A stretch of DNA of 64,000 nt from Isoptericola halotolerans (GCF_013149785.1 NZ_JABEZU010000002.1:310001-374000), one strand, 5' to 3'. Counted from the stretch's first letter, positions 1-11,777 are shown. Notes: generated by a model not told the origin, from the letters alone. Program-made: numbers and translations.

Positions 1-1
1 G

Positions 2-517
2 CTGGAGTGGGGTCCCGACACCCTGGACGAGGCCCGCGCCACCTGGGAGCGGCTGCGCGGGTTCGTCGGCCGCGCCACCGAGCGGGTCGGTGACGTGTCC
101 CGGGCGGAGGCCGCCGGCGCGATCCTCCCGCAGGCCTTCGCGGCTGCCATGGACGACGACCTCAACGTCCCCGCCGCGCTCGCCGTCGTGCACGAGACGT
201 TGCGCGCCGGCAACACGGCGCTCGCCGACGCGGACGACGACGGCGCGCGAGCCGCGCTCGTCGCGCTGCGGGGCATGCTGGACGTGCTGGGCCTGGACCC
301 GGCCGACCCCCAGTGGGTCGACACCACCGACACGAAGGTCGCCGACGCGCTGGACGCCGTCGTGCGTGCCGAGCTCGACGCCCGGGCCGCCGCACGTGCG
401 GCGAAGGACTGGGCGACCAGCGACGCGATCCGGGACCGCCTCGCGGCGGCCGGCGTCGTCGTGCAGGACTCACCCGACGGCGCCCGATGGACGCTGTCCA
501 CAGCCGAGGAGAACTGA
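2..517 (+). CDS. cysS: Cysteine--tRNA ligase, C-terminal part (truncated by window start)
   Basis: Open frame from base 2; AMDDDLNVPAALA (DALR-like) and ARAAKDWATSDAIRDRL...VQDSPDGARW C-terminal motifs; directly upstream of rlmB. Confidence 0.93.
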   Translation: MEWGPDTLDEARATWERLRGFVGRATERVGDVSRAEAAGAILPQAFAAAMDDDLNVPAALAVVHETLRAGNTALADADDDGARAALVALRGMLDVLGLDPADPQWVDTTDTKVADALDAVVRAELDARAAARAAKDWATSDAIRDRLAAAGVVVQDSPDGARWTLSTAEEN

Positions 518-1503
518 TGGCGGGCAACTCGCAGCGACCGGGCGCGAAGCGCAAGGAAGGCACCAAGAAGGGTGCGCAGGTCGGCACCGGCGGTCACAGC
601 CGCAAGGCTCTGCAGGGCAAGGGACCGACGCCGAAGGCCGAGGACCGCACCTACCACCCCGCGCACAAGAAGAAGGTCGCCGCCGAGAAGCGCCAGGCCT
701 CGCAGAGCGCCCAGGGCGCCCGCAAGGGTGTCGCCCGCGGGACGCGCAAGGCCACCGGTGGCGCCGAGGTCGTGGCGGGCCGCAACGCCGTCCTGGAGGC
801 CCTGCGCACGCAGGCGCCGGTGACCGCGGTGCACATCGCCGACCGCATCGACCACGACGACCGCACCCGCGAGATCCTCGAGCTCGCGTCGATGCGCGGA
901 GCCCGGCTCCTGGAGTCCTCGAGGGGTGCGCTCGACCAGCTCACCGAGGGCTCCGTGCACCAGGGCGTGGCGCTGGAGGTGCCGCCGTACGAGTACGCGT
1001 CGGTCGACGACCTCCTCGACGCCGCCGCCGAGGCGGACGAGCCGCCGCTGATCGTGGCCCTCGACTCCGTGACGGACCCGCGCAACCTCGGTGCGGTGCT
1101 GCGGTCGGCCGGGGCGTTCGGGGCGCACGGCGTGCTGGTGCCCTCGCGACGCTCGGCCTCCATGACGGCGTCGGCCTGGAAGGTGTCGGCCGGGGCGGCG
1201 GCTCGGGTGCCGGTCGCCAAGGAGACGAACCTGGCGAGGACGCTGACCGAGCTCAAGAAGTCCGGCGTCTTCGTCGTGGGTCTCGACGCCGGGGGCGACA
1301 CCGCGGTGCGCGAGCTCGCCTTCGCCACGGACCCCCTGGTGATCGTCGTCGGGTCCGAGGGCAAGGGCCTGTCGCGGCTGGTCCGCGAGACGTGCGACGC
1401 CGTCGCGTCCATCCCGATCGCCTCGTCCGTGGAGTCGCTCAACGCCGGTGTGGCCGCGGGGATCGCGCTCTACGAGGTCGCCCAGGCCCGCACCTCGCGG
1501 TAG
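517..1503 (+). CDS. rlmB: 23S rRNA (guanosine-2'-O)-methyltransferase, SpoU/TrmH family
   Basis: TGATG overlap with cysS; SPOUT motifs DSVTDPRNLGAVLRSA, VGSEGKGL, ESLNAGVA. Confidence 0.93.
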   Translation: MAGNSQRPGAKRKEGTKKGAQVGTGGHSRKALQGKGPTPKAEDRTYHPAHKKKVAAEKRQASQSAQGARKGVARGTRKATGGAEVVAGRNAVLEALRTQAPVTAVHIADRIDHDDRTREILELASMRGARLLESSRGALDQLTEGSVHQGVALEVPPYEYASVDDLLDAAAEADEPPLIVALDSVTDPRNLGAVLRSAGAFGAHGVLVPSRRSASMTASAWKVSAGAAARVPVAKETNLARTLTELKKSGVFVVGLDAGGDTAVRELAFATDPLVIVVGSEGKGLSRLVRETCDAVASIPIASSVESLNAGVAAGIALYEVAQARTSR

Positions 1504-1534
1504 CGGGGGTGACGCACGATCCGGCGCGGTGGGG

Positions 1535-2830
1535 TCAGCCCGCCGGGTCGTCGTCCGGGTCCGCCGCGGCGTAGTGGAAGTAGTCCGCCTCGGGCCCGGC
1601 CTCGGGCTCGTCGCCGGGCGCGAGGCCGAGGATCGCCTTCTCGTCAGGACGGTGCTGGAGCACGTTCTCGACGTACGAGGCGACCGTCTCGGGCATCGGC
1701 ACGTCGCGCTGCGCCCGCTCGGAGATGAACCAGCGGTGGTCGAGGATCTCGTGGTAGAGCTGGGCGGGCTCGAGCTTGCGGCGCAGCTCTCGCGGGACGG
1801 CGCGGATGGTCGGGTGGAAGACGTTCTGCAGCCAGTCGTGCGCGACGAGCTGCTCGTCCTCCTCCTGGCGCTCGGTCGCGGCCTGGTAGGAGTCGAGGTC
1901 GTTGAGCAGACGTCGCGCCTGGTTGTCCTGGACGTCCAGCCCGGTGAGCTTGAGCAGGCGCCGTGAGTGGTGCCCGGCGTCGACGACCTGGGGCTGGATC
2001 TGGACCGTGGTGCCGTCGATGTCGGTGGTGATGGACAGTTCGCCGACGTCGAAACCGAGCTCGTTGAGCTGGTCGATGCGGGCGGCGATCCGCCACCGCT
2101 CGTCGGTGTGGAAGGCCTCGACCCCGGTGAGGGCCTCCCAGAGCTCGGTGTACCGCTCGACGAGGGAGTTGCCGATCCCGATCTCGTCGACCTCGTCGTC
2201 GAGCAGCTCGCCCGCGGCGAGGTCCATGAGCTCACCGATGATGTTGACCCGGGCGAGCTCGAGGTCGTAGTCGCGCTGACCGGGGGTCAGCTCGCGGTGC
2301 AGGGCGCCGGTCTCGGCGTCGACCAGGTAGGCCGCGAACTGGTTGGCGTCGCGACGGAACAGGGTGTTCGACAGCGAGACGTCGCCCCAGAAGAACCCCG
2401 TCAGGTGCAGGCGGACGAGCAGCACGGCGAGGGCGTCGATGAGCCGGTTGGCGGTCTCGTCCCGCAGGGCCTGGCTGAAGACGGAGCGGTACGGCAGGGA
2501 GAACGCGAGGTGCTCGGTGATCAGCGCGGCCTCGAGGGGCTCGCCGGTGTCCGAGAGCCGGCCGGTGACGACGCCCACGGGCTTGACCGAGGGCACCTCC
2601 AGCTTGCGCAGCTGACGCAGCATCTCGTACTCGCGGAAGGCGATCGACTCGCTGGTCTCCTTGATCGCCAGCACCCGGCCGTCGAGGCGCACGAACCGCA
2701 CCACGTGCCGGGAGATGCCGCGAGGCAGCGCAGCCAGCACGTCGGCGGGCCATCCGGCGAGCGGCTGCCGCCAGGGGAGGTCGAGAAGCGCCGAGTTCGG
2801 CGTCGCCGAGGTGATCTGCAGCTGTTCCAT
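1535..2830 (-). CDS. DUF4032 / lipopolysaccharide-kinase-like domain protein
   Basis: PRGISRHVVRFV, GFFWGDVSLSNTLFRRDA, EILDHRWFISE; this family is typically downstream of msiK-like ATPases in actinobacteria. Confidence 0.8.
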   Translation of the reverse strand: MEQLQITSATPNSALLDLPWRQPLAGWPADVLAALPRGISRHVVRFVRLDGRVLAIKETSESIAFREYEMLRQLRKLEVPSVKPVGVVTGRLSDTGEPLEAALITEHLAFSLPYRSVFSQALRDETANRLIDALAVLLVRLHLTGFFWGDVSLSNTLFRRDANQFAAYLVDAETGALHRELTPGQRDYDLELARVNIIGELMDLAAGELLDDEVDEIGIGNSLVERYTELWEALTGVEAFHTDERWRIAARIDQLNELGFDVGELSITTDIDGTTVQIQPQVVDAGHHSRRLLKLTGLDVQDNQARRLLNDLDSYQAATERQEEDEQLVAHDWLQNVFHPTIRAVPRELRRKLEPAQLYHEILDHRWFISERAQRDVPMPETVASYVENVLQHRPDEKAILGLAPGDEPEAGPEADYFHYAAADPDDDPAG

Positions 2831-2849
2831 CGGTGTCAGCGTAGACGAC

Positions 2850-2889
2850 GACGGGGGCGGGCCCGGCCGACGCCGGACCCGCCCCCGTC
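2850..2889 (-). terminator. GC-rich stem-loop downstream of the msiK-like gene
   Basis: GACGGGGGCGGG-C-CCGGC / GCCGG-A-CCCGCCCCCGTC inverted repeat with a 4-nt loop. Confidence 0.5.
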
Positions 2890-2913
2890 ACGCCTGTCGC
2901 GTGGTGCCGTCGG

Positions 2914-4029
<1,116 letters not shown>

Positions 4030-4210
4030 GGTGATTCCCTCCACCGGCAGGTACGTGCCGGACGATCCGTTGTGGTCGGGTGTCTTGCGTTCACGACTGG
4101 CGTGTCAGCGGTGACACATTCTGTTGTTCGCGCACGGGTGCCGGACCGTTCCGGCGGGTGGCGCTGCTCGATACTACATGGCCGTGACGGGGATCACGCC
4201 ATGACCCAGG

Positions 4211-5044
4211 TCACGATCCTGCGTCACCCTCGATGAGGTCCGCGAGCCGTCCCAGGAGGGCGGCCACGGCCTCCGGGTCCGTGACCCGCTGGTCCGCGAG
4301 CGTCTCCCCGGGACCGACCTTGACGGTCACGTCCCCGTCGCCGAGCACCGCGAAGGCCTTCTCGTCGGTGGTGTCGTCGCCCGCGTACAGCACCCGCACG
4401 GCCGGTGCGGCGAGATCCTCGGCCACGACGCGCCGCAACCGCCCCAGCGCTTCGCCCTTGGACGTGTGCAGCACGGCGGTCTCGACGACGTCCTTGCCGT
4501 GCATCGCCTCCAGCCCGAGCCGGGTGGCCGCTGCGTCGGCCGCCGCCACGGCCGCCGCGGTGTCCTCGGGACCGGCCTGGCGGGTGTGCAGGACGGCGGC
4601 GCTCGGCTTGCGCTGCACCCAGGCGCCCGGACGGCCGGCGACGGCCTCGTCGAGCGCGGCGGTCAGCTCGCCCAGGGTCGTGGCCTGCTCGTCGGTGAGG
4701 GTCAGAGGGACCGAGTCCAGGCCGTCGGGCGTGGCCCGGCCGGTCTGCGCGCCGTGGCTGCCGACGACGTACGCGCCCGCGGGCGGTTCGGCCAGCAGCG
4801 CGAGGTCGTCGAGGTCGCGGCCGGAGACGAAGGCCAGCCGCACGTTCGTCCCGTGCGCGGCAGCCAGTGCACCGATCCGGTCGACGGCGGCTCGCGCTCC
4901 CGCCGTCATGCGCGACGCCGCGGGGTCGTCCACGAGCGGGGCGAGCACGCCGTCGAAGTCGAGGGCGACGAGCAGCGCCGCGCCGTCGTCGGTGGCGAAG
5001 GCGGTCAGAGCGGTGCGCAGGGCGTCGTCGAGCACCTCAGACAT
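4211..5044 (-). CDS. otsB: Trehalose-6-phosphate phosphatase
   Basis: HAD motifs LDFDGVLAP, SGR, GSHG, GDDTTDE; overlaps the otsA stop. Confidence 0.92.
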   Translation of the reverse strand: MSEVLDDALRTALTAFATDDGAALLVALDFDGVLAPLVDDPAASRMTAGARAAVDRIGALAAAHGTNVRLAFVSGRDLDDLALLAEPPAGAYVVGSHGAQTGRATPDGLDSVPLTLTDEQATTLGELTAALDEAVAGRPGAWVQRKPSAAVLHTRQAGPEDTAAAVAAADAAATRLGLEAMHGKDVVETAVLHTSKGEALGRLRRVVAEDLAAPAVRVLYAGDDTTDEKAFAVLGDGDVTVKVGPGETLADQRVTDPEAVAALLGRLADLIEGDAGS

Positions 5045-6500
5045 GCGTGTCCCGGGAGGGCATCGCGGTGAGCACGCCGAGGAAGCTCTTCGACCACTTC
5101 GCGACGTCGTCGCCCATGACCTTGCGGCGCAGCCGGCGCATCCGGCGCCGCTTCTCCTTCGGGTCCAGGTGCGCGGCCGCCACGATCGTGTCCTTCATCC
5201 CGTCGATGTCGTGCGGGTTGACGAGCAGGGGGCCGGGGGCCAGCTCGTCGGCGGCACCGGTGAACTCGCTCAGGACGAGCACCCCGTCCAGGTCGGAGCG
5301 GGCGGCGATGTACTCCTTGGCGACCAGGTTCATGCCGTCCCGCAGCGACGTCACGAGCATGACGTCCGCCGCGAGGTAGAGGGCCGCCATCTCCTCGGGA
5401 GGGTAGGAGTGGTGGAGGTAGTGGATCGCCGAGTGCCCGATCTCGCCGAACTCCCCGTTGAGGCGCCCGACGAGGATCTCGACGTGCTCGCGCAGCTCCT
5501 GGTACGCGCCGACGTTCTCGCGCGAGGGGCTGGCCACCTGGACCAGCGTGGTGTGCGCCGCGTCGATCCGGCCGTCCTGGAGGATCTCGCCGTACGCCTT
5601 GATCCGGTGCCGGATGCCCTTGGTGTAGTCCAGCCGGTCGACACCGAGCATGACGACGTCCGGGTCGCCGAGGTCGGCGCGGATCTCCTTGGCCCGGGCC
5701 TGGACCTCGGGGCTGCGCGCCAGGTCGTCGAAGCGCTGGGTGTCGATGGAGATGGGGAACGCCGCCGCCCGCACGCGCCGGCCGGGGTTCCCGTCGGCGT
5801 CCTCCATGGAGACCACCGACCCGCGCGTCGGGTGGTCCGTGAGGCGCCGCACGGCGCGCACGAAGTTGGAGGCGTCGCCGCCGCGCTGGAACCCGATGAG
5901 GTCCGCACCGAGGAGCCCCTCGAGGATGTTCCGGCGCCACGGGAGCTGCTGGAACAGCTCGACCGGGGGGAACGGGATGTGGTCGAAGAACCCGATGCGC
6001 AGGTCTGGGCGCAGCTCCCGCAGCATCTTCGGGACGAGCTGGAGCTGGTAGTCGTGCACCCAGACGACGGCGCCGGGGGCCGCCTGGGCGGCAGCCGCTT
6101 CCGCGAAGCGCTGGTTGACCCGCCGGTAGGCGTCCCACCACTGCCGGTGGTAGGCGGGCGGGGCGATCACGTCGTGGTACAGCGGCCACAGGGTGTCGTT
6201 GGAGAAGCCCTCGTAGTACTTGCGGATCTCGCTCGCGGAGAGGGTGACGGGCACCAGCATCATGCCGTCGGCCTCGAACGGCTCGTGCGCCAGGTCGGGT
6301 GCTCCCGACCAGCCCACCCAGGCGCCCTCGTTCTCTTGCATGACCGGTTCGAGCGCCGAGACGAGCCCGCCGGGAGAGCGCTGCCAGTCGACCGCGCCGT
6401 CGTCGTCGACGGAGAAGTCGACCGGGAGCCTGTTGGCGACGACGACCAGGTCGTACCCCTGGCCGCCGGTGGAGCTGTGTACCGATCCTTGACCTGTCAA
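5037..6500 (-). CDS. otsA: Trehalose-6-phosphate synthase (GT20)
   Basis: VVANRLPV, LWPLYH, WVHDYQL, GVDRLDYTKG, RDGMNLVAKEY. Start placed at TTG 6500 (GGAGAG RBS); uncertain, the ORF is open to 6536. Confidence 0.93.
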   Translation of the reverse strand: MTGQGSVHSSTGGQGYDLVVVANRLPVDFSVDDDGAVDWQRSPGGLVSALEPVMQENEGAWVGWSGAPDLAHEPFEADGMMLVPVTLSASEIRKYYEGFSNDTLWPLYHDVIAPPAYHRQWWDAYRRVNQRFAEAAAAQAAPGAVVWVHDYQLQLVPKMLRELRPDLRIGFFDHIPFPPVELFQQLPWRRNILEGLLGADLIGFQRGGDASNFVRAVRRLTDHPTRGSVVSMEDADGNPGRRVRAAAFPISIDTQRFDDLARSPEVQARAKEIRADLGDPDVVMLGVDRLDYTKGIRHRIKAYGEILQDGRIDAAHTTLVQVASPSRENVGAYQELREHVEILVGRLNGEFGEIGHSAIHYLHHSYPPEEMAALYLAADVMLVTSLRDGMNLVAKEYIAARSDLDGVLVLSEFTGAADELAPGPLLVNPHDIDGMKDTIVAAAHLDPKEKRRRMRRLRRKVMGDDVAKWSKSFLGVLTAMPSRDTHV

Positions 6501-6686
6501 CGGTTGTTCTCTCCCAAGGTTGGTGGCTCCCCGCACTGCCTTGACGGGGTGGCCAGACGCCCAGGGCGAACCTTACCGACCGCGCGTGCCGGGTGCGCGC
6601 GAAGCCCGGCGGGGCACGGCCGACACGTCTCGGTTCCGCGCCCTCGCGAGCGCGCGGAACCCCGCTGCGGCGCTACGGTGTGGCCC

Positions 6687-8597
6687 ATGGGTGAGGGCGA
6701 CGAGGCGCAGGTGATGACGACGGGTGCCCCCGCGTCCGGAGCCGACGGGGCGCTCCCGGCGGGGGCGGACGTCGGAGGCTACTCGGTGGTCTCCCTGCTC
6801 GGCCGGGGGGCGATGGGGGCGGTCTACGAGGCGGTCGACGGCGGAGGGCAGCGGGTGGCGCTCAAGGTGCTGCACGCCCATGTGGACGCCAACCCCGCGG
6901 GCCGCCAGCGGCTGCGCCGTGAGGTCGCCGCGCTGCAGCGGCTGCGGCACCCCGCCGTGGCGCAGGTGCTCGACGCGGAGTTCGAGGGACCGCACGCGTT
7001 CGTCGTCACCGAGCTCGTCGAGGGCCTCACCCTCGAGGAGGAGGTCGACGCCCGCGGACCGCTGGACGTCGCCGACCTGTTCTCCCTGGCCGACCAGCTC
7101 GCCGACGCGCTGGAGTCGGTGCACGCCGCCGGCGTGGTGCACCGAGACCTCAAACCGTCGAACGTCATGGTCACGGGAGCCGGGCCCTCGCTCATCGACT
7201 TCGGCATCGCGCACAGCCCGGAGGACGCCCGCACGACCATGACCGGGTTCGTGATGGGTACACCGGGCTACATCGCCCCCGAGCTGCTCGACGGCGGCGA
7301 TCCCGTGCCCGAGACCGACTGGTGGAGCTGGGGGGCGCTGCTCGCCTTCGCGGCGACCGGCCGGTCGCCGTTCGGCGTGCGCCCCACCGACCTCGTGCTC
7401 CGCCGCTCCCGGGAGGGCCGGGCCGACCTGGTGGGTGTCCCGGCCCGCACCGGCCGGGCGCTGGCAGGTGCGCTGCACGCCGATCCGGCCCGGCGCTGGG
7501 GCCCCACCGACGTCGTCCGCGCGCTCCGCCGCGACCTCGAGGACGGTGCGCACGACGTCGTGGGGGTGCCGGCCGACCCGCAGGCCACCCAGCGCATCGT
7601 GGTCGCCGCCGGCGCCGCGACGGCGGCCCTCGCGGGAGCTGCCGGTGCCGGGGCGTCGTCCGGGTCCGGGGCGGACACGGCGGTCTCGGGGTCGTCGAGC
7701 GACGACGCTCCGGGCGCGATGGACCGGACGGAGGTCGTGCCGAGGGTGCCGGCAGGCGACGAGACCGCCGTCCTGGGTCCTCCGGTGCCGCCGCCGGACC
7801 CGCAGGACACCGCGCAGACGATGACGGCCGACGACCGTGAGCGTGCGCTCGCCCACGACGGCGTCACCCAGGCCGTTCCCGTCGGCGACCTGCGCTACCG
7901 CAGCTACGACGAGCTCGACGTCGCACCGGAGCCGGTCCCGGAGGTGCCCTCCGGTCCGTACGTGGCCCCGCGCCACCCGCGACGGTGGGGGACGGTGCTG
8001 GCGCTCGGCGTGCCCTTCGTGGTGCTGGCGGCGTTCTACCCGCTGATCGCCTTCGGTGTCTTCTGCGGCGTCACGGTGCTCTGCCGCATCGTGGGGACGG
8101 CGGGTCACCGGTTCCATGAGCGGCGCGAGCGTCACGGGGTGCGTCGGTCGGACGGCCTGATGGCGACGCTGCTGTTCCCCTACCACGCGGTGATCGGTGC
8201 GCTCGGCATCATCCCCGCGGCGCTGGTGGGAGGCTGTGTCGGGCTGCTCGCGATCATGGGGGGCTACTGGCTGTTCGGCGACGGCAACCTCATCGTCGCC
8301 CCGCTGACGGACGTCGAGTCGCGTTCCGTCGGCGGTCGCAACGCTCCGATCGTCTTCGGCCTGGTGCTCATGGCGGCGATGGTCGCGGCGGTCGTGGCGA
8401 CCTGGTTCGGACCGGCGGGCCGGACGGCGCGCGACGGCGCCCGGACGATCCTCGACAACCTGGCGCCGGGCCTGGTCGGCGCGGCCGTCGTGGTGGCGCT
8501 GTGCCTGATCGGGTCCTGGGTGCTGTACGGACAGCTCACCGGGGACCCGCACCCGATCGAGTGGTGGCCGATGGGTGGGCCGCCCGCGTTCCTCTGA
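6687..8597 (+). CDS. Hanks-type Ser/Thr protein kinase with multi-pass membrane C-terminus
   Basis: [33 protein letters not shown]; several hydrophobic segments at the C-terminus; TACGGT 7 nt before the ATG. Confidence 0.9.
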   Translation: MGEGDEAQVMTTGAPASGADGALPAGADVGGYSVVSLLGRGAMGAVYEAVDGGGQRVALKVLHAHVDANPAGRQRLRREVAALQRLRHPAVAQVLDAEFEGPHAFVVTELVEGLTLEEEVDARGPLDVADLFSLADQLADALESVHAAGVVHRDLKPSNVMVTGAGPSLIDFGIAHSPEDARTTMTGFVMGTPGYIAPELLDGGDPVPETDWWSWGALLAFAATGRSPFGVRPTDLVLRRSREGRADLVGVPARTGRALAGALHADPARRWGPTDVVRALRRDLEDGAHDVVGVPADPQATQRIVVAAGAATAALAGAAGAGASSGSGADTAVSGSSSDDAPGAMDRTEVVPRVPAGDETAVLGPPVPPPDPQDTAQTMTADDRERALAHDGVTQAVPVGDLRYRSYDELDVAPEPVPEVPSGPYVAPRHPRRWGTVLALGVPFVVLAAFYPLIAFGVFCGVTVLCRIVGTAGHRFHERRERHGVRRSDGLMATLLFPYHAVIGALGIIPAALVGGCVGLLAIMGGYWLFGDGNLIVAPLTDVESRSVGGRNAPIVFGLVLMAAMVAAVVATWFGPAGRTARDGARTILDNLAPGLVGAAVVVALCLIGSWVLYGQLTGDPHPIEWWPMGGPPAFL

Positions 8598-8721
8598 GGG
8601 ACGCCCAGGTTCCTCCCAGCATCCATCGCTATGGTCGCGCGGTCCGACGCGTCCGCACGGGTAGGCTGACGCGCGGAGATCTGTCGCTCCGGACCCCACG
8701 AACCGAAGGACCTCTACCGAG

Positions 8722-9573
8722 ATGTCGAACAAGAACAAGGCGCAGCTCCGCGAGGAGGCGCGCCTCGAGGCGCTCGCGCTGCAGCAGAAGCAGGTGGCGC
8801 GCGACCGCCGCAACCGCATCCTCGTCTTCGGCGGCCTCGGTGTCGCGATCGCGGCGCTGGTCGCGGTGGCAGCGTTCATCCTCGTCAACGAGGGCGCGAA
8901 GAAGAGCGTCGACGACATCCCGCTGGCGGAGGTCTCCGACGTGCCGTCGACGGCACTGGAGAGCGGCGGCATCCCGGTCGGGTCCGACCTGGTGGCGGGC
9001 ACCGAGAACCCCGAGGCCACCGTGGTGGACGAGTACCTCGACTACATGTGCCCCGTGTGCGGCCAGTTCGAGCAGGTCAACGGTGCCGACGTCGAGGAGC
9101 TGCTCACCTCCGGCGACGCCACGGTCGTGTTCCACCCGGTGTCGATCCTCGACCGGCTGTCGAACAACACCGACTACTCGACGCGCGCGGCCTCGGCCGC
9201 CTACTGGGTGGCCGACCAGGCGCCGGCCGCCTTCTACGCGTTCAACGAGGCGCTGTTCGTCAACCAGCCGAGCGAGAACTCGCCGGGCCTCGACGACGAC
9301 GAGCTGGCCGCCCTCGCCGAGGAGGCCGGGGCCGACGCCGACGTCGCTGCCGGGATCGCGGACGGCACCGCCCGGGCCACGTTCGGGCAGTACGTGTACT
9401 CCCTGACCAACGACGCGACGGCGGACCCGTCGTTGGCCAACTCCGGCGGAGGTTTCGGGACGCCGACCATCCTCGTCGACGGCGAGCGCTTCGAGGGCTG
9501 GAACCAGCCTGGCGCGCTGCTCGCGGCCGTCCAGGGCGGCGAGGCCGCCGAGGAGGAGCCTGCCGAGGGCTGA
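8722..9573 (+). CDS. Membrane-anchored DsbA-family thiol-disulfide oxidoreductase
   Basis: N-terminal TM helix, DYMCPVC (CxxC), cis-Pro loop FGTPT. Confidence 0.85.
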   Translation: MSNKNKAQLREEARLEALALQQKQVARDRRNRILVFGGLGVAIAALVAVAAFILVNEGAKKSVDDIPLAEVSDVPSTALESGGIPVGSDLVAGTENPEATVVDEYLDYMCPVCGQFEQVNGADVEELLTSGDATVVFHPVSILDRLSNNTDYSTRAASAAYWVADQAPAAFYAFNEALFVNQPSENSPGLDDDELAALAEEAGADADVAAGIADGTARATFGQYVYSLTNDATADPSLANSGGGFGTPTILVDGERFEGWNQPGALLAAVQGGEAAEEEPAEG

Positions 9574-9635
9574 CGTGCCCTGGGGAACGGCCGGGGACCG
9601 GCCACCGCCCGCGCGGTAGGCTGGTCCCCGCCCTC

Positions 9636-9711
9636 GCCGCCTTAGCTCAGCTGGTAGAGCTCCCGTCTTGTAAACGGAAGGTCGTCGGTTCGAATCCGAC
9701 AGGCGGCTCCA
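9636..9711 (+). tRNA. tRNA-Thr(UGU)
   Basis: Acceptor stem GCCGCCT/AGGCGGC, D arm GCTC..GAGC, anticodon loop CT-TGT-AA, T arm GTCGG-TTCGAAT-CCGAC, encoded CCA; 76 nt. Confidence 0.96.
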
Positions 9712-9717
9712 CTCTCC

Positions 9718-9789
9718 GTTGTGGGCGCGATCTCTGGCCCGACTCGTCCCTCTCGGGACGATCTCGTGGCCAGAGATCGCGCCCACAGC
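9718..9789. repeat. REP-like 72-bp hairpin, copy A
   Basis: GTTGTGGGCGCGATCTCTGGCC-N28-GGCCAGAGATCGCGCCCACAGC (22-bp arms, one G.T pair); same family as copies at 37003, 61292 and 62321. Confidence 0.9.
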
Positions 9790-9817
9790 ACCGTGGTCGG
9801 GAGCGACGCCCCGCCCG

Positions 9818-10663
9818 TCAGCGCTCGGACGGCGGCCACGCCTTCGGCTCCGTCCACTTGGCCGGCCGGCCGTCACCGCTGGACGTACCGGTGATCCGCC
9901 GTCGGACCCAGGGTGCGACGTGCGTCCGCGCCCACTGCGCGTCCTCGCGGAGCCGCTGTCGCAGTCGCACCGACGGCGCGGCGTCCAGCGGGTCGTCGTA
10001 CGCCGGGTCGTCCGGGGCGAGTCCGAGCCCCACGAGCGCGGCGTTGGCGATGCGGCGGTGGCCCTCGTCGGTGAGGTGGATGCGGTCGTCGGACCACATC
10101 CGCCAGTCCTGCAGGCTGTGCAGCCCCCAGGTGTCCAGCACGTGGGCGCCGTGGCGCCGCGCGATCGACCAGATGTTCGCGTTGTAGACGCCCACGCGCC
10201 CCTGCGTCCAGTTCAGCGCCCCCTCCGTGCGGAAGCCGGTCGCCAGCAGGACGTCGGCCCCCGTCCCGCGGATCTGCGCGACCGCTCGCTCGAGCACGGT
10301 GGACAACGCGTGCACGTCGGCGTGCGGCCGCAGGATGTCGTTGCCCCCGCCGACCAGCGACACCAGGTCCGGCTCCATCGCGAGCGCGGAGGACACCTGC
10401 TCGGTGACGATCTGCCGCAGCTTGCGGCCCCGGATCGCCAGGTTGGCGTACTCGAACGGAGCGTCGCCACGGCGCTCGGCCAGGTGGTCGGCGAGGCGGT
10501 CGGCCCAGCCGCGCTGGACCCCCTCGGACTCCGTGCCGGGCGTCACCGGTGTGCCGTCCGTCCGGGGGTACGGGTCCCACAGGCCTTCGGAGAACGAGTC
10601 GCCGATCGCGACGTACCGGGACCAGTGCGGGGTGGCGTCAGGTGCGGGGGAGGGCGAGGTCAC
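9818..10663 (-). CDS. SGNH/GDSL hydrolase
   Basis: IGDSFSEG, NLAIRG, GGND, DRIH blocks; GTG start 6 nt after CAGAAT. Confidence 0.88.
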   Translation of the reverse strand: MTSPSPAPDATPHWSRYVAIGDSFSEGLWDPYPRTDGTPVTPGTESEGVQRGWADRLADHLAERRGDAPFEYANLAIRGRKLRQIVTEQVSSALAMEPDLVSLVGGGNDILRPHADVHALSTVLERAVAQIRGTGADVLLATGFRTEGALNWTQGRVGVYNANIWSIARRHGAHVLDTWGLHSLQDWRMWSDDRIHLTDEGHRRIANAALVGLGLAPDDPAYDDPLDAAPSVRLRQRLREDAQWARTHVAPWVRRRITGTSSGDGRPAKWTEPKAWPPSER

Positions 10664-10685
10664 CCGGCCATTCTGCACCCGTCGC

Positions 10686-11378
10686 TCAGGGCAGGCGCCA
10701 GTCGACGGGTGCTGCACCCTGCTGGTCGAGGAGCGCGTTGACGCGGGAGAACGGCCTGGACCCGAAGAACCCGCGGTAGGCCGCCAGTGGGCTGGGATGG
10801 GCGGACTCCACCGTCGGGGTCGCGCCCAGCCAGGGCTTCAGCGACGCGGCGTCCCGACCCCACAGGATCGCCACCAGCGGGCCGCCGCGCGCCACGAGCG
10901 TCTTGATGGCGGCCTCGGTCACCTGCTCCCACCCCTTGCCGCGGTGCGACGCCGGCTCGCCCGGACGCACGGTGAGCACCCGGTTGAGCAGCATCACGCC
11001 CTGGTCGGCCCACGGGCTCAGGTCGCCCGACGACGGCGGGGGAGCGCCGACGTCGTCCGCGAGCTCCGTGTAGATGTTCGCCAGGGACTTGGGGATCGGG
11101 CGGACGTCCGGCTGCACCGAGAACGACAGCCCCATGGGATGGCCGGGCGTGGGGTACGGGTCCTGGCCCACGACGAGCACCCGGACGTCCGCGAGGGGGC
11201 GTCGGAACGCCGCGAAGACGTCCCCGGGAGCCGGGAGGTAGGTGCGCCCGGCGGCGACCTCGGCCCGCAGGAAGTCGCCCATCGCGTGGACCTGCGGCGC
11301 GACGTCCGCCAGGGCCGCTGCCCAGTCGGGCGCCATCACGGTGTCGAGTGCCGGTCGGGCCGTCGTCGAGGAGTCCAC
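10686..11378 (-). CDS. ung: Uracil-DNA glycosylase (family 1)
   Basis: [26 protein letters not shown] motifs; GTG start 7 nt after TAGCGT. Confidence 0.94.
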   Translation of the reverse strand: MDSSTTARPALDTVMAPDWAAALADVAPQVHAMGDFLRAEVAAGRTYLPAPGDVFAAFRRPLADVRVLVVGQDPYPTPGHPMGLSFSVQPDVRPIPKSLANIYTELADDVGAPPPSSGDLSPWADQGVMLLNRVLTVRPGEPASHRGKGWEQVTEAAIKTLVARGGPLVAILWGRDAASLKPWLGATPTVESAHPSPLAAYRGFFGSRPFSRVNALLDQQGAAPVDWRLP

Positions 11379-11456
11379 GACCGCGACGCTAGCGCACCCG
11401 CGACGCGCGGCGACAGATGCCCGGGAGGATGCCCCAGGTGCCCCATACTGGCCGCT

Positions 11457-11777
11457 ATGAGCGAGATGCTGGTCCAGGACATCGACACCACGACGGAGGC
11501 CCCGTCGTCGGCCACCGAACCCGGTGCGCTGACCGACAGGGACCGCGAGATCCTCGCCTTCGAGAAGCAGTGGTGGAAGTACGCCGGCTCCAAGGAGCAG
11601 GCGGTGCGCGAGCTCTTCGACATGTCGGCCACCCGCTACTACCAGGTGCTCAACGCACTGATCGACAGTCCGGCGGCGCTGGAGCACGACCCCATGCTCG
11701 TGAAGCGGTTGCGACGCATGCGCGCCACCCGCCAGCGGGCTCGCAGCGCACGGCGCCTCGACGGCACGAACGGCTGA
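11457..11777 (+). CDS. DUF3263-like small protein
   Basis: [35 protein letters not shown]...[10 protein letters not shown], typical of this actinobacterial family. Confidence 0.85.
   Translation: MSEMLVQDIDTTTEAPSSATEPGALTDRDREILAFEKQWWKYAGSKEQAVRELFDMSATRYYQVLNALIDSPAALEHDPMLVKRLRRMRATRQRARSARRLDGTNG

Noticed and set aside
4233..8597. 1454-aa ORF as a single giant protein
   Set aside because: The 5' 2.4 kb is antisense to otsBA; only 6687-8597 has kinase motifs and its own promoter-like hexamer.
9636..9817. tRNA-anchored genomic island or prophage
   Set aside because: No integrase, no duplicated tRNA 3' end in the window, and the downstream genes are core.
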